In this document: one piece after another, positions 46,571 through 56,872 of the stretch | How the letters are laid out: each line of letters opens with the position of its first letter | Position numbering within the stretch: position 1 is the stretch's first letter | Origin: Pseudomonadota bacterium | Lineage (GTDB): Bacteria; Myxococcota; JACRCW01; JAFGSX01 | Direction: 5' to 3' | Assembly (NCBI GenBank): GCA_043821645.1 | Contig: JBDRCO010000068.1 | Location: 96,001-160,000 of the forward strand | Length of the DNA: 64,000 nt | Position numbers and translations under genes: made by a program | The notes under the pieces: model-generated | What the model was told of the DNA's origin: nothing | Seen by the model: the letters and a program-made list of their open reading frames with translations, nothing else | The model's database searches: none

Positions 46571-46950
46571 GCGATCCCCGGCACCCCGACGACGGTGAGC
46601 CGGGGGACCTCCCCGAGCAGACGGAGGCATCCAGCCCTCTGGACCCGAAGGCTGCCGATCCAGCACCAGGATTGGTCCGCCCGGCCAGCGAGGGTCCCGC
46701 CGATATCATCGAGGCCATGAAGTATCAGCAGGTGGTGGTGCGGGCGAACGCCATCACCTACCAGGGCATGTTGCTGGGTGCGGATGAGGAAGAGGTCTAC
46801 CTCAAGACCAACACCCGCTATGTCACGGTGCGCATGGATCGCATCACCAAGATCAGCCTGGCCGGCAGCCGGGACGGCCTGAATCCTCTCAAACAGGTCG
46901 ATCCGGCCTTCTATTCCGTCGACGACATCGAACCGACCGACGCGGACTGA
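46567..46950 (+). CDS. Hypothetical protein (possible Sm-like fold)
   Basis: GTGA overlap; VVVRAN..YQGMLLGADEEEVYL. Confidence 0.65.
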   Translation: MSDPRHPDDGEPGDLPEQTEASSPLDPKAADPAPGLVRPASEGPADIIEAMKYQQVVVRANAITYQGMLLGADEEEVYLKTNTRYVTVRMDRITKISLAGSRDGLNPLKQVDPAFYSVDDIEPTDAD

Positions 46951-46962
46951 GTCGCACACCTC

Positions 46963-48336
46963 ATGCCCCGCCACACAACCGGATCCGGTGCTCGTGGTGC
47001 CGTCGTCACCGTCGACGATCTGGCGCATGGTGGCGACGGTGTGGCCAGGCTCGAAGGTCAGGTCTACTTCGTCCGTGGAGCGCTGCCAGGGGATCGCGTC
47101 ACCCTGCGCGAGGTGCAGCAACGCCGCCGGCATGCCCTGGCGGAGGTCAGCTCCCTGGTCGAGGCGTCGCCCTTGCGCGTGCCTGCGACCTGCACCCACC
47201 ACCCGGCCTGCGGCGGCTGTCCCTGGCATGAATTGCAGGACACGGCCCAGCTCGAGGCCAAGATCCGGATCGTGGCCGAGACGCTACGCCGGCTGGCTCG
47301 CCTCGACATCGAGAAGCTACCGCCGCTGGAAATCGCCCCCGGTGATCACCAGATCGTTGATGGACTGATTCGCTGTGTGCGCGCAGGACAGGGAGAGGGT
47401 TATCGGATCCGGGCCCGGCTCCACCTGGAACGGCGAGGTGACCACACCCGGGCAGGCTACCGAGCTGCGCGCAGCCACCACGTGATAGACGTGGAGCATT
47501 GTCTCGTTCTCCACCCGTCTCTGGCTCCCTCCGTGTCCATGGCACTGCAGCGCGCACGCGACGAGGGCTGGCCACGCGGCGAGCTCCACGTGGCCCTGGG
47601 GCTACAGCCACTGCACACCTCGGCCGTGCTGCGCAGCGCCGAGCGACCGCACGATCCGGAGGTCCTGGCGCGGGCATTGACGGACTGCGGCTTCGTGGGT
47701 GCGCAGATTCTGTGCCGTCGCGACGACGAGGTCCTGGCGGCCCAAGGAGAGATCGCCCTTGGTGGTGTCATCGCCCCGGAAGCCCCGGGGGGGCCCTTCG
47801 GGCATGACCCGTGGACCTTCACCCAGCCGCAGCACGCAGGCAACAGGCTGCTCATCGAGGCCGTGCAGCTCGCCTGTGATCCTGCGCCGGGTGTGCACAT
47901 CCTCGAGCTGCATGCCGGAGCCGGCAACCTGAGCCTTGGTCTGGCGGGTCGCGGCGCCACGCTGCGCAGCGTCGAGAACGCGCCGCATGCCCTGCACTGG
48001 TTGCGCGCCAACGTGCAGCGCGCGGGAGCCGCCGATCGCATCGAGGTGCTGGCTGCTGACGTCGAGACCCTCCCGCTGCAGGAACTCGCCGCAGGTGCAG
48101 AACCGGACGTCCTGCTGCTGGATCCACCGCGCACCGGTTTTTCGCGCCTGTCCGAGCTGGTGCAGCAGCTTCGCCCCGCGCGCGTCGTCTATGTCTCGTG
48201 TGACCCCGCCACCCTGGCCCGGGACCTGCGCCCCCTGGGCGACCTTGGCTATGCGCCGGCGCGGATCCTCCTCATCGACCTCATGCCCGGGTCGTGGCAC
48301 GTGGAGACCGTGCTGTTGCTGCAGCGCACGGTCTGA
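46963..48336 (+). CDS. TRAM-domain RNA m5U methyltransferase (RlmD/TrmA family)
   Basis: CTHHPACGGC Fe-S motif, FTQ, LDPPRTG, YVSCDPATLARD, HVE. Confidence 0.92.
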   Translation: MPRHTTGSGARGAVVTVDDLAHGGDGVARLEGQVYFVRGALPGDRVTLREVQQRRRHALAEVSSLVEASPLRVPATCTHHPACGGCPWHELQDTAQLEAKIRIVAETLRRLARLDIEKLPPLEIAPGDHQIVDGLIRCVRAGQGEGYRIRARLHLERRGDHTRAGYRAARSHHVIDVEHCLVLHPSLAPSVSMALQRARDEGWPRGELHVALGLQPLHTSAVLRSAERPHDPEVLARALTDCGFVGAQILCRRDDEVLAAQGEIALGGVIAPEAPGGPFGHDPWTFTQPQHAGNRLLIEAVQLACDPAPGVHILELHAGAGNLSLGLAGRGATLRSVENAPHALHWLRANVQRAGAADRIEVLAADVETLPLQELAAGAEPDVLLLDPPRTGFSRLSELVQQLRPARVVYVSCDPATLARDLRPLGDLGYAPARILLIDLMPGSWHVETVLLLQRTV

Positions 48337-48472
48337 ACCCGTCTGCGACAGCGCTGTCCGGATTCCGGACGGTTCGAGTCTTGTGATGCCCCGCACACAT
48401 CCCGCACCTCGGGCGCGGTAAATACCCGGCCCACCACTCGCGTCTCAGCGCCAGGAACCCCCACGAGCAACC

Positions 48473-48488
48473 TGGCAGGGCTCGTGCA
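48473..48488 (+). promoter_or_regulatory. Sigma54 -24/-12 promoter
   Basis: TGGCAGGGCTCGTGCA (GG-N10-GC), 30 nt before ATG 48519. Confidence 0.65.
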
Positions 48489-48518
48489 AATCAGGGTTCC
48501 ACATGCTGGGAGGAAGAC

Positions 48519-49619
48519 ATGCAAGGCAAGAAGGTTCTGCTGGTGTCCGGAATGGCGCTGTGGCTGGCTGCCACGTCCTGCATCCTGCTGGTGGTCGACG
48601 ACGAGCATTCGCGCACCCGTGAGTATGCTTACACCTGCCTGGGGGCCACCTGCAGGACCTGCGTGCGCGACGCCGACTGCGGTGGGCTCGAGCTCTGTCT
48701 CTCCAATGGCTGCGAGCCTGGCAATGGCGATGTGGACAGAGACGGTCTCTCCAATGGCGACGAACGGCGCTGCGGTACCGACCCCGAGAACGGTGACAGT
48801 GATGGGGATGGCATCGCGGATGGCGACGAGGACATGGACGGTGACGGCCTCAGCAACGCGAGCGAAGTGGCCGCGGGAAGCAACCCCCAGGAGCTGGACA
48901 GTGACGGCGATGGTACACCGGATGGCGACGAGGACAGCGACGGCGATGGCCTGTGCGATCAGGTCGAGCAGGAGCTCGGCTCGGATGCCACACAGCAGGA
49001 CAGCGACCGCGACGGCGTGCTGGATGGTGACGAGGACGCCGACGGCGACGGCTTTGGCAATCTCGATGAGCTTTCCCAGGGCACGGATCCCATGAATCCC
49101 GAGGATCACCCCGCAGACCTGAGCGATCCCACCGGGGACGCGGACCTGGACGGCCTGGCCAATGGTGAGGAACTGAGTTGCGGCACCGACCCGCTCGACG
49201 GGGACAGCGACGGCGATGGTATCCTCGATGGCCAGGACGACCAGGATGACGATGGCCTGGCCAATGCTGACGAGGCGGCCCATGGCTGCGCGTGCCAGGA
49301 CGCGGACAGTGATGGCGACGGGCGAGGGGATGGCGAGGAGGTGGCTGCAGGCAGCGACCCGACTGTCGCCGACGCGACCGCAGGCGCCGATGCGGGAACC
49401 GAGGACGCGGCACGCAGCACCGGGTCCGACGACGATCTTGGCGCGATCCCGGGTGAGACCTGCGCCACCGACGAGAACTGCGCACCGCCCGTGAATCACC
49501 AGCTGCAGTGCGAGCTGGATGGCTGCTGCTGTCGTGGGGGCGGTGCTTTCGGCTCCGGCTCTGCAGCGCTGGCTCTCGGCCTCGGACTGCTGGTGACGCT
49601 GCGCCGTCGTCGGGGTTGA
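48519..49619 (+). CDS. Acidic Ca-binding repeat (thrombospondin type-3-like) surface protein with MYXO-CTERM-like tail
   Basis: Repeats of DxDGDGLxNxxE...GTDP; lipobox-like ATSC; CCC-hydrophobic-RRRRG tail. Confidence 0.85.
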   Translation: MQGKKVLLVSGMALWLAATSCILLVVDDEHSRTREYAYTCLGATCRTCVRDADCGGLELCLSNGCEPGNGDVDRDGLSNGDERRCGTDPENGDSDGDGIADGDEDMDGDGLSNASEVAAGSNPQELDSDGDGTPDGDEDSDGDGLCDQVEQELGSDATQQDSDRDGVLDGDEDADGDGFGNLDELSQGTDPMNPEDHPADLSDPTGDADLDGLANGEELSCGTDPLDGDSDGDGILDGQDDQDDDGLANADEAAHGCACQDADSDGDGRGDGEEVAAGSDPTVADATAGADAGTEDAARSTGSDDDLGAIPGETCATDENCAPPVNHQLQCELDGCCCRGGGAFGSGSAALALGLGLLVTLRRRRG

Positions 49620-49864
49620 GCACTGGACCGACCTGTCCCTGGCCCTGCCGGACGGCCCCCGCTGCCCGAAGCCATTCCGCGCCGTCCGTCACGAAAACGC
49701 TCCATTGCCAATAACGCAACGCATCCAGAGGTGGCCTCCACCGCATGGCGGGCGTAAACTGGCGCGCATTCTTGCGCACGGATCGTGTGGTCGGGCCCTA
49801 GTCCGCTGGCTTTCTCCGCCAGGCCCCTGCAGTGGTGAATCCTGTGCGCGTTCCGAGGTTGTCC

Positions 49865-52800
49865 ATGTCCTGGGTGCTCAAGCTTCTGCCTTTTCTGCGC
49901 TGGTTCAAGGGGTACAGCGGGTCCACGCTCCGTGCCGACCTGATCGCAGGCATCACCGTGGCCCTGGTGCTGGTGCCGCAGTCCATGGCCTATGCGCAGC
50001 TCGCGGGCATGCCTCCGTACTACGGCCTGTATGCCGCCTTCCTGCCAGGCATCGTGGCCAGCCTGTTCGGGTCGAGCCGTCAACTCGCCACCGGTCCCGT
50101 GGCCGTGGTCTCGCTGATGACCGCGGCGGCCCTCGAACCTCTGGCCAGCGCAGGCAGTGAAGCCTTCGTGGGCTACGCACTGTTTCTCTCGCTGCTGGTG
50201 GGCCTGTTTCAGGTCGCCCTGGGTGTGCTGCGCCTTGGACTGGTGGTCAACTTCCTGTCCCATCCCGTCGTCAATGGATTCACCAACGCAGCAGCGCTGA
50301 TCATCGCCACCTCGCAGCTGTCCAAGCTGTTCGGCGTCTCCGTCGCCAAGGCGCACCTGCACCTGGTGACCGTGGCGCGCGTGCTGGTGGCGGGGGTGCA
50401 GGAGGCACACCTGCCCACCGTGGGCATGGCCGTACTCGCCTTCGCCACGATGATCCTGCTGCGCAAGCTGCAGCCCCGCATCCCCAACGTGCTCGTCGCC
50501 GTCGTGGTGGCCACACTTCTGGCCTGGGCCGTGGGCTTCGAGCAGAAGCAGACCGTGGACCTGAGTCAGATCCAGGCACCCGAGGTCGTGGCGCTGGTTG
50601 ACCGCTACAACGAGGAACAGTCCGTCAAGGAACGCTTCGAGGCGGTGCGGGCTCACGGCCGCAAGGGCTGGGATCCATCGTCGGCCGAGGGCGAGAAGGC
50701 CTGCACCGCTTGTCATGGCGAGCGCGACCCGGCGACCTTCACCGACCAGGCCAAGGGCCCCGTCGACGGTGCCATGGTGAACGCGTTTGCTCTGCATGAG
50801 CTGGCAGGCGTGCTCGAGGCACGCAGCCAGGCGCACCGCCATGGTCTGGGCTCGCTGCGGACGGACCTCACCAGGACCAATCTGGTGCCCGTCCGGGGCG
50901 CCGACGGCAGGCTCGTGTTCGTGGCCCCGGGTCAGGTTCCACCAGGCGTCACCCCGGAAAAGGGTCGCTGGCACCTGCGCGTGAGCACCGGCCCGCTCGA
51001 CACCTCGGCCCTGGTGCTGTCTGGAGGGGGCTCGGTGGTGGGCGCCATTCCCCGGGGCCTGCCGACCCTGCGTGCGCCCTCGATGAACTGGTCCATCCTG
51101 GGCAAGCTCCTGGCGGCCGCCATCATCATCTCGCTGCTTGGCTTCATGGAAGCCATCTCCATCGCCAAGGCCATGGCGGCGCGCACCAGGCAGCACCTCG
51201 ACGCCAACCAGGAACTGGTGGGGCAGGGCCTGGCCAACCTGGTGGGCGCGTTCACCCAGGGCTACCCGGTATCGGGTTCGTTCTCGCGCACCGCGGTCAA
51301 CTACCAGGCCGGTGGACAGACCGGACTGTCCAACGTAGTGGCCGGCGCCATGGTGGGTGTGGTCCTGCTGTTCCTGTCGGGCGCGCTGTACCACCTGCCG
51401 GACGCCGTGCTGGCCGCCATCATCGTCATGGCCGTGGCCGGGCTGATCAACGTCAAGGGTTTCGTCCACGCCTGGCGCACCAGCCGGCTCGACGGTGCGA
51501 TCTCCATCATCACCTTCGGCGTGACCCTGGGCCTGGCTCCGGAACTGGAGTGGGGCATTGCCACCGGCGTGTCCCTGTCGCTCATCGCCTACCTCTATCG
51601 TTCCATGCGACCCGAGGTGGTCGAGCTGGTTCCCGACGAGCAGGGAGTCATGCGCGACGTGCGACGCCACGAGCTCACGCGCTGCAAGCACCTGGCAGTG
51701 GTGGGCTTCGAGGGACCGCTCAACTTCGCCAGCGTCAGCTATCTCGAGGAGACCCTGCTGCACCTGGTGGCGGATTACACGGGGCTCAAGCACCTGGTGA
51801 TCAAGGGCGACGGCATCAGCGAGATCGATGCCTCGGGCGAGGAGACCCTGCGCCACGTGGTCGAGAATCTGCGCACCGCCGGCACCGCCGTCAGTTTCTC
51901 GGGCTGGCCCGAGGGCATCGTCGACGTGCTCCGGCGCTCGGGTCTGCACCAGGAGATCGGCGCTGGCCATTTCTTTCACACCCGGGCCGAGGCTCTGAGC
52001 GCGATCTACGCGGATGTGCACGAGGGCACCGGCGAGACCGACTGTCCGTTCCGACGCGCCATGCCACCGCTCGTCGAGCTGTCCATGCATCCCGACGGCA
52101 CCTTGCGGGATGCCCTTCGTCACAAGCTCCCACGCTGCCGGCACATCGCGGCGCTGCGCTTCGATGCGGACCTGACCTTTGCCAACACCGCATACCTCGA
52201 GGAGGAAACGCGCGCGCGCATCGCCGACCGCAGCAACCTGCGCCACTTGGTCCTGGTCGCCCACGGTGTCGCCAGCATGGATACCTCAGCGGCCAAGCGC
52301 CTGCTGGGCATGATCGAAAAGCTGCATGGCGAGGGCATCGAGGTCTCGCTCAGCGGTCTCAAGGACGAGGTACTCGACATCCTGTCCAGGGACGGCGGGT
52401 TGACCTCTCTTGGCCGCGACCACCTGTATCCCACCCAGGCCGCAGCGATCGCCGGCGTGTACGCCAGAGCCCACGCGGGCTCGTCCGAGGAGGAGTGCCC
52501 CTTCTCGGAGTTCGCGCCGAGGTTGCGCGAGCTGTCCCTGTACTCGGACGGTGCCCTGCGCGAAGCCGACCAGTACCACCTGCGAACCTGCCAGGTCATT
52601 GCCGTGCTGCGCTTTGATGGCTCCCTGCTGCTCGGCAATCCGCGGGCGCTGACGTCGGAGTTTATTGCCTGGGCCAAGACGCGAATCTCCGTCAACACCG
52701 TGCTGTTCACAGCCCAGGCGCTGACCAAGATCGACGACAGCTCGGCCCGCAACCTGCTCGGGCTGGTCGAGGCGGTGCGCGAGGCGGGTTTCCGGGTCGC

Positions 52801-53452
52801 TCTGGTCGGGGTGCCGGACCGCGTGCTCGCCTTCCTGTCCCGCCACGGCATGGCCGACGCGATTGGCCTGGACAACCTCTACCCCGACGAGAGGACCGCG
52901 GTGGCCAGCGTGCACCAGCAGGCCCACAGCCAGTCCAGCGAGGCGGAGTGCCCGCTGCAGCAGCTGCTCCCGCACGTGACCGAACTGGCGCGCCACAGCG
53001 ACGGCTCGCTGCGAGGCTGCGAGCACCATGGCCTGGCCCACTGCCAGCACATCGTCGCCATTCGCTTCGATGGCCTGCTCAACTTCGCCACCATCGGCCT
53101 GCTGGAGCAGGAACTGCGCCGGCGTCTGTCCCAGCGCACGCCGAGTCCGCGGCATGTCCTGATCGCGGGTCACACCCTGGCCAACGTCGACAGCGAGGCA
53201 GCGCAGGATCTTCTCACGCTGATCCAGTCGCTGCGGGGTGAGGGTGTCCGGGTGGCCTTGAGCGGCCTCAGGGACGATGTGCTCGAGGTGCTGGAGCGCG
53301 CGGCAGCGACCTCCGGAGGGCCGCTCCAGGACCTGTTCCCGACCCAGGAAAAGGCGCTCGATGCGCTCCACCCTGAAGCGCACCAGGGGAGCACCGAGCA
53401 GCCGTGCCCGCTGAAGGAAGTGGTCCGGGCCCAGCCGCAGCCCGACGCGTAG
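49865..53452 (+). CDS. SulP/SLC26 anion transporter with CxxCH-bearing insertion and four STAS domains
   Basis: DLIAGITVALVLVPQSMAYA, GSSRQLATGP, NQELVGQG, GSFSRTAVN; CTACH; four STAS repeats; alternative GTG start at 49832. Confidence 0.93.
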   Translation: MSWVLKLLPFLRWFKGYSGSTLRADLIAGITVALVLVPQSMAYAQLAGMPPYYGLYAAFLPGIVASLFGSSRQLATGPVAVVSLMTAAALEPLASAGSEAFVGYALFLSLLVGLFQVALGVLRLGLVVNFLSHPVVNGFTNAAALIIATSQLSKLFGVSVAKAHLHLVTVARVLVAGVQEAHLPTVGMAVLAFATMILLRKLQPRIPNVLVAVVVATLLAWAVGFEQKQTVDLSQIQAPEVVALVDRYNEEQSVKERFEAVRAHGRKGWDPSSAEGEKACTACHGERDPATFTDQAKGPVDGAMVNAFALHELAGVLEARSQAHRHGLGSLRTDLTRTNLVPVRGADGRLVFVAPGQVPPGVTPEKGRWHLRVSTGPLDTSALVLSGGGSVVGAIPRGLPTLRAPSMNWSILGKLLAAAIIISLLGFMEAISIAKAMAARTRQHLDANQELVGQGLANLVGAFTQGYPVSGSFSRTAVNYQAGGQTGLSNVVAGAMVGVVLLFLSGALYHLPDAVLAAIIVMAVAGLINVKGFVHAWRTSRLDGAISIITFGVTLGLAPELEWGIATGVSLSLIAYLYRSMRPEVVELVPDEQGVMRDVRRHELTRCKHLAVVGFEGPLNFASVSYLEETLLHLVADYTGLKHLVIKGDGISEIDASGEETLRHVVENLRTAGTAVSFSGWPEGIVDVLRRSGLHQEIGAGHFFHTRAEALSAIYADVHEGTGETDCPFRRAMPPLVELSMHPDGTLRDALRHKLPRCRHIAALRFDADLTFANTAYLEEETRARIADRSNLRHLVLVAHGVASMDTSAAKRLLGMIEKLHGEGIEVSLSGLKDEVLDILSRDGGLTSLGRDHLYPTQAAAIAGVYARAHAGSSEEECPFSEFAPRLRELSLYSDGALREADQYHLRTCQVIAVLRFDGSLLLGNPRALTSEFIAWAKTRISVNTVLFTAQALTKIDDSSARNLLGLVEAVREAGFRVALVGVPDRVLAFLSRHGMADAIGLDNLYPDERTAVASVHQQAHSQSSEAECPLQQLLPHVTELARHSDGSLRGCEHHGLAHCQHIVAIRFDGLLNFATIGLLEQELRRRLSQRTPSPRHVLIAGHTLANVDSEAAQDLLTLIQSLRGEGVRVALSGLRDDVLEVLERAAATSGGPLQDLFPTQEKALDALHPEAHQGSTEQPCPLKEVVRAQPQPDA

Positions 53453-53476
53453 GATCCAGGACGCCAGGCGCCGAGG

Positions 53477-53908
53477 TCACCAGCCGCGGGTGCGCAGGAT
53501 CTCCTCGACTTCTTTCTGAGAGCGCTTCTCGGCCGCGGCGATGCGCTTGCCGCGGGCGAGGCGGATCTTCTCAAGCAGGGTGCCAATGTCGGTGGGCTTC
53601 TCCAGCACGTCCACCGCACCCAGCCGCGTGGCCTCGACCGCCGCCTTGACCGTGGCTTGCCCGGTGAGCAGCATCACCTGCAGATCCGCGCGCAGGGCGA
53701 GCATGGCCTTGAGCGTGTCGATGCCATTCATGCCGGGCATCGCGAAATCCAGCACCACGGCGTCGTAGGTCCTGGCCTCGACCCGGGACACGCCGGTGTG
53801 GCCGTCGTGGGCGGTCTCGACCTCGAGGCCGCGCGAGCGGAGTCGCTCGGCCAGGGCCTCCACGAACTCCACCTCGTCATCAACCAGAAGCACCTTCTCC
53901 GTCGTCAT
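53477..53908 (-). CDS. Single-domain response regulator
   Basis: LLVDDE, LDFAMPGMNG, LTG, KP. Confidence 0.93.
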   Translation of the reverse strand: MTTEKVLLVDDEVEFVEALAERLRSRGLEVETAHDGHTGVSRVEARTYDAVVLDFAMPGMNGIDTLKAMLALRADLQVMLLTGQATVKAAVEATRLGAVDVLEKPTDIGTLLEKIRLARGKRIAAAEKRSQKEVEEILRTRGW

Positions 53909-53919
53909 GGGTCACCTCA

Positions 53920-54597
53920 TCAAGAGACGTGCGCGGTGGCAGTGCCCGCGTGTGCCGGGAGCCAGAATGCGATGCGTGCGTTGTGTTCGGGTGGACAGGC
54001 GCGCAGGGTGCCGCCCAGCGCGTGCAACTGCTGGCGGACGCCGCTCACGCGCTGCTGCGCCGCCTTGGTCAGGGGATCCGGAAAAGCCTGGCCATCCAGC
54101 TCGACCAGCAGGCCTTGATCGACAGGTCGGATCCGCAGGGTCAAGGCCACAGGTGGCGTCTCCAGCCACACCTGCACCGCCGAGAACACCAGCTGGAGCA
54201 GCAGGTAGGGGCAGGTCTCGATCACCACCGGAGAGTCGTGAAAGTCGTGGCTCAGGGTCGAATTGGTCAGCCGCACTGGCCGCTCGAGCAGATCCAGGGC
54301 TCCGCGCAGCAGATCCACCGCGTCGATCACGGCGTGGTTGGCGTCGGTGCTGTGCGCGAAGTGCGAGATGCTGCGCACCAGCCCCTGGCCACGCTGGACC
54401 TGGGCCTGGAGCTTCTGCGCCAGGGCCTGCACGCGCCCGCGCTCGTCGGCAGGAGCCGCGGACAGGTCCTCGATGAGCCCGGCCACCTCGTTGAGGATAT
54501 TGAGGACGTTGATCACCTCGTGGCACTGCGCCGCCACCACCGCGCCAAAGAAGGCCACACCCTCGTCGCAGCGGTGCTGGTCGCCGGCTGTGCTCAC
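53920..54597 (-). CDS. HisKA-containing degenerate histidine kinase or phosphotransfer protein
   Basis: HEVINVLNILNE H-box; no recognisable N, G1 or G2 ATP boxes. Confidence 0.7.
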   Translation of the reverse strand: MSTAGDQHRCDEGVAFFGAVVAAQCHEVINVLNILNEVAGLIEDLSAAPADERGRVQALAQKLQAQVQRGQGLVRSISHFAHSTDANHAVIDAVDLLRGALDLLERPVRLTNSTLSHDFHDSPVVIETCPYLLLQLVFSAVQVWLETPPVALTLRIRPVDQGLLVELDGQAFPDPLTKAAQQRVSGVRQQLHALGGTLRACPPEHNARIAFWLPAHAGTATAHVS

Positions 54598-54966
54598 GCG
54601 TCCGCCTCCTCGCCACTGGCAGCGCGCCGCAAAATGCTGACCAGGTGCTTGATGTCCACCGGCTTTTGCAGGTAGTCGAAGGCACCCAGGCGCAGACCCT
54701 CCTCGCGTGCCTCGGCCGAACCGTGGCCCGACATCATCACCACCTTGAGCTCGGGCTGCAGCTGGCGCAGCGTGCGGATCACGTCCAGCCCGTCGAGTCC
54801 GGGCATGCGCAGATCCAGCACCACCACGTCGAAGCGCGCCCCGGCGGCACGTTCCAGGGCGTCGTGACCGTTGGTCGAGCCCACGGCCTCGATGCCGCGC
54901 AGCTCCAGGCGCTCGGTCACCGCCGACACCAGCTCCTCCTCATCATCCACGAACAACACCCGCAGC

Positions 54967-54974
<8 letters not shown>
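54594..54974 (-). CDS. Single-domain response regulator
   Basis: LFVDDE, LDLRMPGLDG, SGHG, KP. Confidence 0.93.
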
Positions 54975-56697
<1,723 letters not shown>

Positions 56698-56872
56698 GAC
56701 GCCTCGCTATGGCGGCGCATCCCCCCGCGGGCGGACTCTCGCGCACCACACGACTATCACAACCCACGTGGACCTTTCGATTAAATCTCTTTATAGGGTG
56801 ACGCGGTGGTTTTTGACCCTTCAGGCCCGAATTCAGTGCCTCGGCACCAGGGACGAGGCGGCAGCCCGGAGC

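Noticed and set aside
48700-49400. Nucleotide repeats (gacggcgacggc...) as a CRISPR or DGR-like array; also at 60240-61160
   Set aside because: They are degenerate, in-frame codon repeats of DxDGDG protein motifs; no constant repeat-spacer pattern, cas genes or reverse transcriptase
49760-49775. Sigma54-like promoter upstream of SulP (TGGCGCGCATTCTTGC)
   Set aside because: GG-to-GC spacing is 11 nt rather than the strictly required 10
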